DNA of 64,000 nt, taken from a candidate division CPR2 bacterium GW2011_GWC2_39_35. Its GTDB lineage: Bacteria > Patescibacteriota > CPR2. Every line of letters begins with the position of its first letter. Within the stretch, counting starts at the first letter, position 1. This document shows positions 16,957 to 26,098 of this stretch, one piece after another. The notes beneath the pieces were generated by a model. It was given only the letters and a program-made list of their open reading frames with translations, was not told where the DNA came from and made no database searches. The position numbers and the translations under genes are program-made. The stretch covers positions 223,563 to 287,562 of the forward strand of contig LBWX01000001.1 in NCBI GenBank assembly GCA_000995065.1. Direction: 5' to 3'.

Positions 16957-18140
16957 TTCTTTCTCCTGGACGCCTTGGTTATTTCTTTTTCTTCCTCTTC
17001 ATTATTTAATCTTGCATATTCCATTATAACTTCAGCCATCGATTCCGAAGCGTCTTCTTTTCCAAATTCTTTGCTTTTTTTAGCCAAGAAAGCTAGCTCG
17101 CCGGGCTTTTCGAAAATAAGCTTTATCTGTCTTATAAAGACATCTCTTGATAAATCATCCTCGGTTAAAGTATAAGCTGCTCCAAACCTTGTTACAATTT
17201 GAGCATTTCTAAACTGGTGAGCCGAACTGCTAACGCCAAGAGGTATTAAAAGCATTGGCTTTCCTATTGCCGAAGCTTCGGATATGAAATTCTGACCGGC
17301 TCTGCCTATTACCAAATCGCTAACCGCAAAAGCATCCCGAAGCTCATTTGACAAAAAACTAAAAACTTTATATTTATTTTTAAGATCATCTTCTAATTGG
17401 GATTTTAAATATAAAAGCCATGATATATCATTATCGCCACAAACGTGAATTATTTGAAAATCCTTTAATAATTCCGAAAGTGATTCGGCGATTAAAGAAT
17501 TAATAAAATGAGAACCTTGGCTCCCACCCACTATCAACAAAACCGGTTCTTTAATATTTAACTCAAAGACTTCTCTACCCTCCTTTAAGCTGCCTGTTAA
17601 CATCTCTTTTCTTATAGGATTGCCGGTATAAACCACTTTAGCTCGCGGCAAATCGTGATAATAATTTTCTGGATAAGAAACCATTATCCGAGATGCAAAT
17701 CGCGACAATATTCTATTGGCAAGCCCCAAAATGCTATCAGATTCGTGGATGATTATCGGATAATTTAAAGATGCCGCTGCAAAACCAATAGGCAGTCCGA
17801 CATAGCCGCCTTTTATAAAAACAAGATCGGGATCATATTCTTTAATAATGGCCCGACTCTCAAAAAAACCCTTTATAACCTTAAAAAAATCAATCAAATT
17901 CTTAAAAATTGTTGTCGGATCAACAATATTTAATAGCAGGTTGTTATGATATCGGCGAAATTTTCCAGCAGAGACAAAATGATAATTCAAACCAAGTTGT
18001 GGAATAACCTTTGTCTCCATCCCTTCGCTGGAACCAATATATATTATGTCTTTAACGCCTTTTTTTTCTAGTTCTTCTACTACCGCTAAAGTAGGATAAA
18101 TATGACCCCCAGTTCCCCCGCCAGCTACCAGAATTCGCAT
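16953..18140 (-). CDS. murG: UDP-GlcNAc:lipid I GlcNAc transferase MurG (GT28) with acidic/basic C-terminal extension
   Basis: MRILVAGGGTGGHIYP N-terminal motif; GT-B fold; C-terminal NNEEEEKEITKASRRKK tail. Confidence 0.9.
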   Translation of the reverse strand: MRILVAGGGTGGHIYPTLAVVEELEKKGVKDIIYIGSSEGMETKVIPQLGLNYHFVSAGKFRRYHNNLLLNIVDPTTIFKNLIDFFKVIKGFFESRAIIKEYDPDLVFIKGGYVGLPIGFAAASLNYPIIIHESDSILGLANRILSRFASRIMVSYPENYYHDLPRAKVVYTGNPIRKEMLTGSLKEGREVFELNIKEPVLLIVGGSQGSHFINSLIAESLSELLKDFQIIHVCGDNDISWLLYLKSQLEDDLKNKYKVFSFLSNELRDAFAVSDLVIGRAGQNFISEASAIGKPMLLIPLGVSSSAHQFRNAQIVTRFGAAYTLTEDDLSRDVFIRQIKLIFEKPGELAFLAKKSKEFGKEDASESMAEVIMEYARLNNEEEEKEITKASRRKK

Positions 18141-19272
18141 GAATAACCTCCTCTTTAGTATATTTGGAAATGTTTAGTAAAATACCGACTGCAAATAAAG
18201 AAAATAAAAGTGATGAACCGCCGAAACTAACAAAAATCAGAGGGACGCCGGTGAGCGGTAATATTGATACCATTGCTCCTATATTAATAAAGATTTGCAC
18301 TAAAAACCAGGTAGAAATCCCGACTGCAACGAATCTGGAGAAATCATCCGGAGCATTTTTTGCAATTTTGTACCCTCTGATAATTAAGACTAGGAACAAT
18401 CCCAGGATAAGAAGGGATCTTAAAAATCCTAATTCTTCGGCAATAATCGGAAAAATGGCATCCGTTGTAACTTCTGGAAGATAAAGAAATTTTTGCCTGC
18501 TTTGATTAAAACCAACGCCAAAAAGCCCCCCATTGCCAACCGCGATCAAGCTCTGAGTTATCTGATAGCCAAGTCCCGATGGATCTGCTTCGGGATTTAA
18601 GAAAACGGATAACCGAGCGAGACGATAGCTTTCTAGTTTAATAAGCCCCATAACGGCAAAGAAGCCACCAACCAAAAATGTCCCCAAGATTCTAAAATTG
18701 GCACCGGCAATAAAATAAATTACAAGCCCGGTTGCCGCAATGATTAAGGTTGTCGAAAGATTGGGCTGCATTAAAATTAGTACAGAAAGTGCCGCCAACA
18801 TCAACATAAAGGGCAGAATTACTTCAAAAGTATTAATCTTAGCTAATCTCTGCTCAAACCATAACGAAAGATAAACAATAAAAGCTACCTTGATAGCTTC
18901 TGCCGGCTGAAAAGAGATTATTCCAAAATCTAGCCACCTCTGAGCCCCACCAGCGACTCTACCGGTAACTAAGACCAAGATCAGTAGGAATACCGTTATA
19001 GCAAAGAATTTTGTACCAATTTTACGCCAATGAGGATAATCAATCCTGTAAGACAAGGCCCAACCAAAGATACCTAATGCCAATGATGCTACTTGATGGT
19101 AAAGAAATTTAGTTGTAGTTTCGCCTCCTGTTACCGCATAGCTTTTTACAACCGAAGCAGAAAAAACCATAACTAAGCCTACTAAACATAAAATAAAAAC
19201 CATTAAAGCTAAGATATAATCCGGCCGATGAGGTCGCGGCAATCTGGTTTGATAATTATTTCGATTGTTCAC
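18052..19272 (-). CDS. ftsW: SEDS-family peptidoglycan glycosyltransferase FtsW/RodA
   Basis: 10-TM protein, GGAQRWLDFGIISFQPAE SEDS signature; 3' end overlaps murG by 89 nt. Confidence 0.85.
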   Translation of the reverse strand: MNNRNNYQTRLPRPHRPDYILALMVFILCLVGLVMVFSASVVKSYAVTGGETTTKFLYHQVASLALGIFGWALSYRIDYPHWRKIGTKFFAITVFLLILVLVTGRVAGGAQRWLDFGIISFQPAEAIKVAFIVYLSLWFEQRLAKINTFEVILPFMLMLAALSVLILMQPNLSTTLIIAATGLVIYFIAGANFRILGTFLVGGFFAVMGLIKLESYRLARLSVFLNPEADPSGLGYQITQSLIAVGNGGLFGVGFNQSRQKFLYLPEVTTDAIFPIIAEELGFLRSLLILGLFLVLIIRGYKIAKNAPDDFSRFVAVGISTWFLVQIFINIGAMVSILPLTGVPLIFVSFGGSSLLFSLFAVGILLNISKYTKEEVIHANSGSWRGNWGSYLSYFSGSRRTRKKRR

Positions 19273-20351
19273 TATAGCTTACCTAATAAATTTAAGACGA
19301 TACCAAAAACTGCAGATATGGCCCCGATAACCCAGAATCTCATTGTTACCTTCGGTTCCGGCCATCCCTTGGCCTCTAAATGATGATGAATCGGAGCAGA
19401 AAGAAAAACTTTTTTACCAAAAAATTTTTTAGAGATTAGCTGGATGATAACCGAAAGAGTTTCAAAAACGAACACGCTAGCGATAATTGGCAAAAGAAAA
19501 ACGGTATCAGTAAGCATCGCCACCACACCTAAGGTTGCCCCCAGCGACACCGCCCCGGTATCCCCCATAAAAAATCTTGCCGGAAAAATATTAAACCAAG
19601 TATAAGAAAGTACCGCCCCCACAATAGACGCACAAAATGCCGCGATTCCATAATAACCTTGGAGTAAAGAGATGATAGAATAAGCCCCAAATGCCAATAT
19701 TAGTAAGCCTCCCGACAGACCATCTAGGCCATCGGTTATATTTACTGCATTTGCCGCCGAGACCACCACAAGTATAAACAACGGAATGTACCAATATTTA
19801 ATATTCACAACACCAATAATAGGAATATCAATAAAGGATCTGCCTAGCTTAAAATAAAACCAAAAAGCGCCTGCAAAACTGATGGCTAGAAGCCAGCCAA
19901 TTTTTACTTTCGCCTTGATTCCTGCAATTCCGGCGCCTAATCCTTTTATATTAATATAATCATCAATAAGCCCTAAAATGCCCACAGAAACTAGCGCAAA
20001 TAAGAGTAGCCAGGTCTGAGTCCTGTCAAAATTCGTCACCAACGTTATGATCGCAACAGGGATCCAAATTAAGATTCCAGCCATTGTTGGGATATGACGC
20101 TTGTGTTTGCTACTATGAAGACTCGAGTAAACCTCTGCATCTTCTTTCCCATTACTAATCCAAGTTGTAGTTCTGGCATTCTTCCACCACTTATTTTTAT
20201 ATGCAAAATAGGTAAAAAGCGGTGTTAGAGTCATTGATAAGGCAAACGTAATAAAAGCCGTCAAGCCCGCTCTTAAGAATTGCTGTAAGATAAATTGATC
20301 GATAAATAACATAACTTTTAAGATTTTACCCCATTTAACCCTTAATAACAA
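19272..20351 (-). CDS. mraY: phospho-N-acetylmuramoyl-pentapeptide transferase
   Basis: polytopic membrane protein with MraY motifs (NAVNITDGLDGL, DTGAVSLG-type Asp-rich loops). Confidence 0.88.
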   Translation of the reverse strand: MLLRVKWGKILKVMLFIDQFILQQFLRAGLTAFITFALSMTLTPLFTYFAYKNKWWKNARTTTWISNGKEDAEVYSSLHSSKHKRHIPTMAGILIWIPVAIITLVTNFDRTQTWLLLFALVSVGILGLIDDYINIKGLGAGIAGIKAKVKIGWLLAISFAGAFWFYFKLGRSFIDIPIIGVVNIKYWYIPLFILVVVSAANAVNITDGLDGLSGGLLILAFGAYSIISLLQGYYGIAAFCASIVGAVLSYTWFNIFPARFFMGDTGAVSLGATLGVVAMLTDTVFLLPIIASVFVFETLSVIIQLISKKFFGKKVFLSAPIHHHLEAKGWPEPKVTMRFWVIGAISAVFGIVLNLLGKL

Positions 20352-20370
20352 TGTCCTACCATATATTTTG

Positions 20371-22125
20371 TCACTTTTCGTCTGGTGGAATTTGATAATA
20401 CTTTAGCAGATTATCTGCAATATCGTGAAATACCGGAGCAGCAGTGGACTCCGCCCAGATAACGTCTTTGGGATTATCTATTTTAGCGAATATAACAAAC
20501 CTTGGATTTGAAGCCGGCGCAAAACCTACGAAAGAACCAATTGTCTTGCTTTGATCGTAACCACCGTTTTTGGGGTCTGGAACTTGAGCTGTTCCCGTTT
20601 TTCCCGCAGTTTTATATCCCTGAACTTTTGCCTGTTTTCCATGACCTTTTTCAACTGTACTTACCATCATAGTTGTCAAATTTCTAGAAGCTTCTTCAGA
20701 TATGACCCTCTTGATGGTTTCTGTTTGCTTTTTTAAATCTTTTTTGCCCTCTTTTACAAAAGAGTCAATTAGCCTTGGTCTTACTAGATTTCCCCCGTTA
20801 GCAACTGCTGACATCGCAGCCGTAATTTGAAGCGGCGTGACTGTAATTGCCTGGCCAAAACTCATCGAAGCATAGGCATGATCGTTAACGTCCTTGGGTT
20901 TACTAACATAACCTTCATCCTCGACACTAAGCTCGATCCCTGCCTTAGTGCCAAAACCAAATTTATTAGTAATATATTCGTAAAATGGTTCCTTGCCGAT
21001 CTTTTGCATAATATAAGTTGTGCCCAAATTTAAAGACTGCTCCAAGATATAGCTCATCGAAACAATGCCATGAGCTTTCTGATCCGAATTCATTATTTTA
21101 TGTCCGTCGATGACAATCTGACCCTTATCCTCAAATGTATCCTCCGGTTTAATTTTCCCGGAATCAAGTCCCGCCGCCATGGTGATTATCTTAAAAATTG
21201 AGCCAGGTTCATACTGCCTTAAAGTCTTATTATCAAAAAATCCATAATCAGTGATTTTCTGATAGTTATTTAAGTCTACATCCTCTTGTTTTAGCGCATA
21301 ATTAGCCATCGCTATAATTCCACCCGAATATGGATCCATAACAATAACACTGCCGCCATCAGCTTTATGGCTTTCCACGGCTTTCTTAAGCACTTCTTCC
21401 GTATTCGCTTGAATATTTTTATCAATTGTTAATACTAAATCATCACCATCCTTAGGACTCACTAAAACATTGTCGCCATTAGCGATTCTGACTCCCGTAG
21501 CATCGGTTTCTGCCTTTAATTTACCGGGGACACCCGATAGCTCTTTATCAAAATCTTGCTCCAAGCCATACTGCCCTTTTCCATCCATGTTAACAAATCC
21601 CAAAACCTGAGCTAAAAGTGACTTTTCCGGCCAAAAACGCCAAGATTCAGGCACCAAGACCAATCCGTAAACATCGAGCTTCCCTATTTTTTCAGATTCT
21701 TCGTCGGTAAGCTTATGTTTTAAGGGTACATAATGATCTGAATTCGATAGCATTTCTAATATCTTATCTTTAGGAATGCCGATTATTGGCGAGAGCTTTT
21801 CTGCGGCTTCTCCCAAATCCCCTTTTTTCTTAATTTCATTTGGCACCGCATACAACAAATCAAGAGTGTTATTCATAGCGACAACAGATTTTCCATCATC
21901 CGAATACTTGTCCTTTAGGTATATTTTACCTCTCTTGGCGGGAAGCTCGGATTGCCTATAGTATTGGTTTTTTGCTAAATCGGCATAGTGATCGTGTCTT
22001 AAAATTTGCAAGAAAAAAAGGCGACCTCCCAAAACAAACATCGCAAATATCGCCATTAATTTAAGCAAAGAGATTCGTCTTTTTATATTATGATTTCCAT
22101 AGCTTGACATCAATTTAGAGTTCAA
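20371..22125 (-). CDS. ftsI: peptidoglycan D,D-transpeptidase, class B PBP (FtsI/PBP2)
   Basis: N-terminal TM anchor + dimerisation domain; SxxK (GSIFK), SxN (SLN), KTG(T) (KTGTA) motifs. Confidence 0.85.
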   Translation of the reverse strand: MNSKLMSSYGNHNIKRRISLLKLMAIFAMFVLGGRLFFLQILRHDHYADLAKNQYYRQSELPAKRGKIYLKDKYSDDGKSVVAMNNTLDLLYAVPNEIKKKGDLGEAAEKLSPIIGIPKDKILEMLSNSDHYVPLKHKLTDEESEKIGKLDVYGLVLVPESWRFWPEKSLLAQVLGFVNMDGKGQYGLEQDFDKELSGVPGKLKAETDATGVRIANGDNVLVSPKDGDDLVLTIDKNIQANTEEVLKKAVESHKADGGSVIVMDPYSGGIIAMANYALKQEDVDLNNYQKITDYGFFDNKTLRQYEPGSIFKIITMAAGLDSGKIKPEDTFEDKGQIVIDGHKIMNSDQKAHGIVSMSYILEQSLNLGTTYIMQKIGKEPFYEYITNKFGFGTKAGIELSVEDEGYVSKPKDVNDHAYASMSFGQAITVTPLQITAAMSAVANGGNLVRPRLIDSFVKEGKKDLKKQTETIKRVISEEASRNLTTMMVSTVEKGHGKQAKVQGYKTAGKTGTAQVPDPKNGGYDQSKTIGSFVGFAPASNPRFVIFAKIDNPKDVIWAESTAAPVFHDIADNLLKYYQIPPDEK

Positions 22126-22131
22126 AACACA

Positions 22132-22464
22132 TTATTTAACCGCAACCGTAGAAGTCCAAGGAACATAGTTGATTTTCTTTACCGTCTCCAAGCTACTTGC
22201 AGTTGTGCTTCTTTGAATTTCGGTAATAGACTGGAGTCTGGCAACCTCTAATTCGAGCTTCTCGCTTTCTAGCTCTATTTCCGCCTTCTTCTTTTCTAGG
22301 GCCGCTAGATCATAACCCCTTACCGCCAAACGGCTAGACTGGGCTAAATATAAAAGAATTAGCACAACAACAATTGTTATAACCATAAATGACATGCTTA
22401 CTGGACCTAAGATCATGCTTTTTTGATACTGTTTGTTAATCTTGGGATTTCTCTTCGAATTCAA
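22132..22464 (-). CDS. ftsL: cell division protein FtsL (septum formation initiator-like; TM + coiled coil)
   Basis: 110 aa, single TM VITIVVVLILLYL then leucine-zipper-like ELESEKLELEVARLQ; position between mraZ and ftsI. Confidence 0.65.
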   Translation of the reverse strand: MNSKRNPKINKQYQKSMILGPVSMSFMVITIVVVLILLYLAQSSRLAVRGYDLAALEKKKAEIELESEKLELEVARLQSITEIQRSTTASSLETVKKINYVPWTSTVAVK

Positions 22465-22560
22465 TTCTGCTCCTAAATTTTTATTTTTGTTTTTCTCTAT
22501 GAAATAGAGTCCCTATATGAGGGACTCTATTATGGGACCTAAACCACCCTCCTGTAGCTT

Positions 22561-22735
22561 ATGTCTTCAAGCATCTAGCAGTCAGATTTGTTTTTGTTTT
22601 TATTTTTTCTTCGCCATTTGGGCGAATCTTGTGGTGGAAAGTTTTGTGAAAGAGGTGGATTTTATTAAAAGAGATGGATTTTAAATTTTGAGGTGCATAG
22701 GATCTGACTCCTGACTGCTAGATGTCTTAAGACAT
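22561..22735. repeat. ~175-nt element bounded by long imperfect inverted repeats (atgtcttcaagcatctagcagtcag ... ctgactgctagatgtcttaagacat) where rsmH is normally located
   Basis: 22/25 matching positions between left arm and reverse complement of right arm, including a perfect 14-bp block catctagcagtcag; loop contains GTGG-type direct repeats and a cgccatttgggcg hairpin. Confidence 0.55.
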
Positions 22736-22762
22736 ATATTTTCTATTTAATTGTCAAGGTTC

Positions 22763-23194
22763 TTATATACCTAAATTTCCTAAATGCTCTGCAATTTCGT
22801 TGCTTTCTTTCTCGGTTTCCGCTTTGTAAGCTCCCCACTTATCCTGGCTCCAGATTTCTATCCGATTAAACAAGCCAGCGACAACAACTTCTTTGACTAC
22901 GCCAGCATAATCTCTTAAATAAGCTGGTAAGATAATTCTACCTTGTTTATCAATATCTACTTCCATGGCTCCGGCTAACATCAGTCTAGAAAATGCCCTA
23001 GCGCTAGCTTGGCTAATTGGTAACTCGCTTAACCTTTCGGCCAGTTTTTGCCATTCGTCTTTTGTATAAAGAAACAAACAGCTATCCAAACCTCTCGTTA
23101 CCACTGCCCCACCAGCAAGACTTGCCCTGAACTTAGAAGGAACCGCGAGTCGTCCCTTGTCATCTATATTATGCTGATATTCTCCGATAAACAT
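22763..23194 (-). CDS. mraZ: transcriptional regulator MraZ
   Basis: MFIGEYQHNIDDKGRLAVPSKFR and second DxxxR repeat (DKQGRIILPAYLR). Confidence 0.92.
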   Translation of the reverse strand: MFIGEYQHNIDDKGRLAVPSKFRASLAGGAVVTRGLDSCLFLYTKDEWQKLAERLSELPISQASARAFSRLMLAGAMEVDIDKQGRIILPAYLRDYAGVVKEVVVAGLFNRIEIWSQDKWGAYKAETEKESNEIAEHLGNLGI

Positions 23195-23231
23195 TTATCC
23201 CCTTTTCAGGCAGGTTATCCACTATTTTCTA

Positions 23232-23257
23232 CCACTTATCCCCACTTCCTACCACTT
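23232..23257 (-). promoter_or_regulatory. putative MraZ operator: three direct repeats AAGTGG (coding-strand sense) with exact 10-bp periodicity, 38-63 nt upstream of mraZ
   Basis: plus-strand CCACTT at 23232, 23242, 23252 (further CCAC(T) copies at 23219 and 23272); matches the architecture of MraZ boxes (direct GTGG-type repeats) described in E. coli and Mollicutes. Confidence 0.5.
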
Positions 23258-23569
23258 GAAACCATTATATACCACAAGCCCTCCCCCGGTCAACACTTTT
23301 TAATAAAAAACTTTTAAAAGATACTTAAATCTTTTGGAAAAATAAACAGCAACCGCTATACGTGATAACGATTGCTTAATGAATAATAAGCGTTGGCATT
23401 TATGTTGCTTGATCAAACTCTGATTCGGTAATCTCAGAAAGGAATCAAGAATAATGAATTAAGAGAGAATGAAGAATAAGAGAATATAGCAATAACTAGT
23501 TTTAAATTCTTAACACTTAATTCTAGACTCTTAATTCTTTATTCTATGGCTTTGTCGTATCTGCCAAAC

Positions 23570-24982
23570 TTAACAAAACTTCTCCCCTAAATATTCTTTG
23601 AGGCTCCCAATCCCCACTCTATCTTGCTTCATTGTATCTCTATCCCTTACAGTCACAGCATTATCTTTAAGAGTGTTAAAATCTATTGTCACACAATACG
23701 GGGTGCCGATTTCATCTTGTCTTCTATATCTTTTGCCGATGCTCTGGGTTTCATCGTAATCGCACATATAACTGGTTTTTAGCAGATCAAAAACTTCTTT
23801 AGCTTTAGAAATCAGGTCTTCATTTTTAGAAAGTGGTAGGATTGCAATCTTGTATGGCGCCAATTCTTTTGGTAGCTTTAAAACGGTCCTTATTTCGATC
23901 TTATCACCAGACCCAATCTCTTCTTCCTCATATGCCGATAGCAAAGCCACTAACATGGTTCTCTCAACCCCAAAAGTTGGTTCGATAACATGGGGAATAA
24001 ATTTCTGATTTGTCACTGGATCTACATACACTATATCTTCACCAGAAGCCTTTTCGTGATGACTTAGGTCATAATCGGTTCTATAAGCAAGCCCCCACAA
24101 TTCTTTGGTTCCAAATGGGTATTTAAATTCAACATCGATTGTTCTTTTTGAATAATGAGCTCTCTTCTCGGCTGGAATCTCATGAAGATAAATATCTTCA
24201 TCCTTAAGACCAATGGCTTTAGCAAATCTTTGCATCTCCTTTAGCCAGAACTCGAAACTCTTTTCCCAATCCTTGGGATTTATAAAATATTCGATTTCCA
24301 TCTGCTCAAATTCTCTGGTTCTAAAAACAAAATTACCAGGCGTCACCTCATTCCTAAAAGCCTTGCCAATCTGTCCAATTCCGAATGGTATTCTTTTTCT
24401 GGTAGAAGCTAAAACATTTTTAAAATTAACAAAAATTCCCTGAGCTGTCTCCGGTCTTAAATAAGCCGCCGATTTAGTATCCTCGACAACCCCAATATAT
24501 GTTTTAAACATGAGACCAAATGACCTGGCATCCGTCCAGTTTATAGATTTGCAATTGGGACAAGCAATCTTATCCTTTTGGATAATTCTAGATATTTCCT
24601 CTAAGGATTTTCCCTCTACGTCCTCCCCAGTTGTGTCTTCAACAAGATGATCTGCCCTGAAACGAAGCTTGCAATTTAAACAATCAACCAAGGCATCTGC
24701 AAAGCCGCCAACGTGACCAGAAGCCTCCCAAACTTTAGGATTTAAAATAATAGCGCTATCAAGACCAACCATGTCCATTCTTTCCTGAACAAAGTGCTGC
24801 CACCATAGCTTTTTGATATTATTTTTAAGCTCAATACCCAAAGGCCCAAAATCCCATGTATTAGCAAAGCCGCCATAAATTTCTGACGATGGATATATAA
24901 AGCCTCTTTGCTTTGCAAGGGATTGAATTTTCTCCATCGTCACTTTTTCTGTTTTTTCCATGAGAACTCCTTTAAAAATCAA
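23570..24982 (-). CDS. glyQS: glycyl-tRNA synthetase, dimeric class II (GlyQS-type)
   Basis: IQSLAKQRGFIYPSSEIYGGFANTWDFGPLG N-terminal signature; class II motifs; anticodon-binding C-terminal domain; true start probably the internal MEK... Confidence 0.9.
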   Translation of the reverse strand: MIFKGVLMEKTEKVTMEKIQSLAKQRGFIYPSSEIYGGFANTWDFGPLGIELKNNIKKLWWQHFVQERMDMVGLDSAIILNPKVWEASGHVGGFADALVDCLNCKLRFRADHLVEDTTGEDVEGKSLEEISRIIQKDKIACPNCKSINWTDARSFGLMFKTYIGVVEDTKSAAYLRPETAQGIFVNFKNVLASTRKRIPFGIGQIGKAFRNEVTPGNFVFRTREFEQMEIEYFINPKDWEKSFEFWLKEMQRFAKAIGLKDEDIYLHEIPAEKRAHYSKRTIDVEFKYPFGTKELWGLAYRTDYDLSHHEKASGEDIVYVDPVTNQKFIPHVIEPTFGVERTMLVALLSAYEEEEIGSGDKIEIRTVLKLPKELAPYKIAILPLSKNEDLISKAKEVFDLLKTSYMCDYDETQSIGKRYRRQDEIGTPYCVTIDFNTLKDNAVTVRDRDTMKQDRVGIGSLKEYLGEKFC

Positions 24983-25358
24983 AAAAATCGGTATTTCTTA
25001 ACTCTTCAAACGCTTCTTCATCTAATTTTCCTAGGCTAACTAGATATTCCAAATCTTGAACAAAATCTTTATACAACGCATGGAATAGCTCCAGGTTTTC
25101 TTCTTTTATCACCGAAAAGGCCCTAAAGTTTTCAGAAACCCATTCCTCGACTTCCCTTTCAGTCATCATCTTGCCTTCTGTCTTAGAAGGGTTATTTAGC
25201 ATTCTGTCTGGCACGTCGCAACCCCAAAATTCGTAATCCTCAACATTCCAAGCTAGTTCGCTTTTTCCTGTCGGATACTTTTTTTTCCAAGCATCTTGGC
25301 GCTTTGACTTTTCCTTTTGCATGTGCCTTATTTTACTCTTTTTTAGCTTCCAGGTCAA
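24972..25358 (-). CDS. hypothetical protein inserted between recO and glyQS
   Basis: 128-aa ORF, basic N-terminus, no recognisable motif; start overlaps... 3' end overlaps glyQS start by 11 nt. Confidence 0.35.
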   Translation of the reverse strand: MTWKLKKSKIRHMQKEKSKRQDAWKKKYPTGKSELAWNVEDYEFWGCDVPDRMLNNPSKTEGKMMTEREVEEWVSENFRAFSVIKEENLELFHALYKDFVQDLEYLVSLGKLDEEAFEELRNTDFFDF

Positions 25359-26098
25359 TTTATAATATTTACTTTGGCAATAAATTGCTTAGATTTTAAA
25401 GACCGATGAAGTATCTTTTCGATGTACGATTCATTAAATTTTTTAATTTCCATAAGCAGTTCGTCCAAATTGGAAACCTTTATGATAATGTCTTGATCAA
25501 ATCTAAGCATCATTCTCATAAGCTTAATAGCATTATCACTTACGGCATATGCTTCTGGATCTTTTCTAAAACAATCGTGGCACAAAACCCCTCCAAAATT
25601 CTTGCTTAGGCTGCATTTTCCAGGATCTAAAGATTCATGGCAATTAACGCAAGACTCCAGTTCCGGGCCAAAGCCAAGTTTTGAGAAGATTCTAATTTCA
25701 AAGATACTTAATGCTAATTCGGGACTTATTTTAAGACCGTTTAAAGCCTTAATAAATTCTCTATAAACCGCAGGGTTTGGCTCCCTATCGGGAATAATCT
25801 TATCTAAAATCTCTGCCAGATAATAAGCCTTGCCCAACTTTCCTAAATCTTCTCGTAAAAACAAAAATCTTTCCTTTGTTTCTGCCGAACACAAAGTGTC
25901 AAAGTTCTTCCCCTCTGCAAACATAAAATTATTTAAATAAAAAAGATCGAGGCTGCCAGCCATTTTGCTCTTAATTTTTCTAGCTCCTTTGGAAATCACG
26001 GTTATTTTACCTTTTGCAGGAGTAAAAACTTTAAGAAGTAAATCTGCTTCTTTAAAGCTGGATCTTTTTATAATAATTCCTTCTGTTTTATACGTCAC
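25355..26098 (-). CDS. recO: DNA repair protein RecO
   Basis: N-terminal OB-fold (GIIIKRSSFKEADLLLKVFT), Cys4 zinc motif CVNC...C..C; recO-glyS linkage as in era-recO-glyQS clusters. Confidence 0.85.
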   Translation of the reverse strand: MTYKTEGIIIKRSSFKEADLLLKVFTPAKGKITVISKGARKIKSKMAGSLDLFYLNNFMFAEGKNFDTLCSAETKERFLFLREDLGKLGKAYYLAEILDKIIPDREPNPAVYREFIKALNGLKISPELALSIFEIRIFSKLGFGPELESCVNCHESLDPGKCSLSKNFGGVLCHDCFRKDPEAYAVSDNAIKLMRMMLRFDQDIIIKVSNLDELLMEIKKFNESYIEKILHRSLKSKQFIAKVNIIN

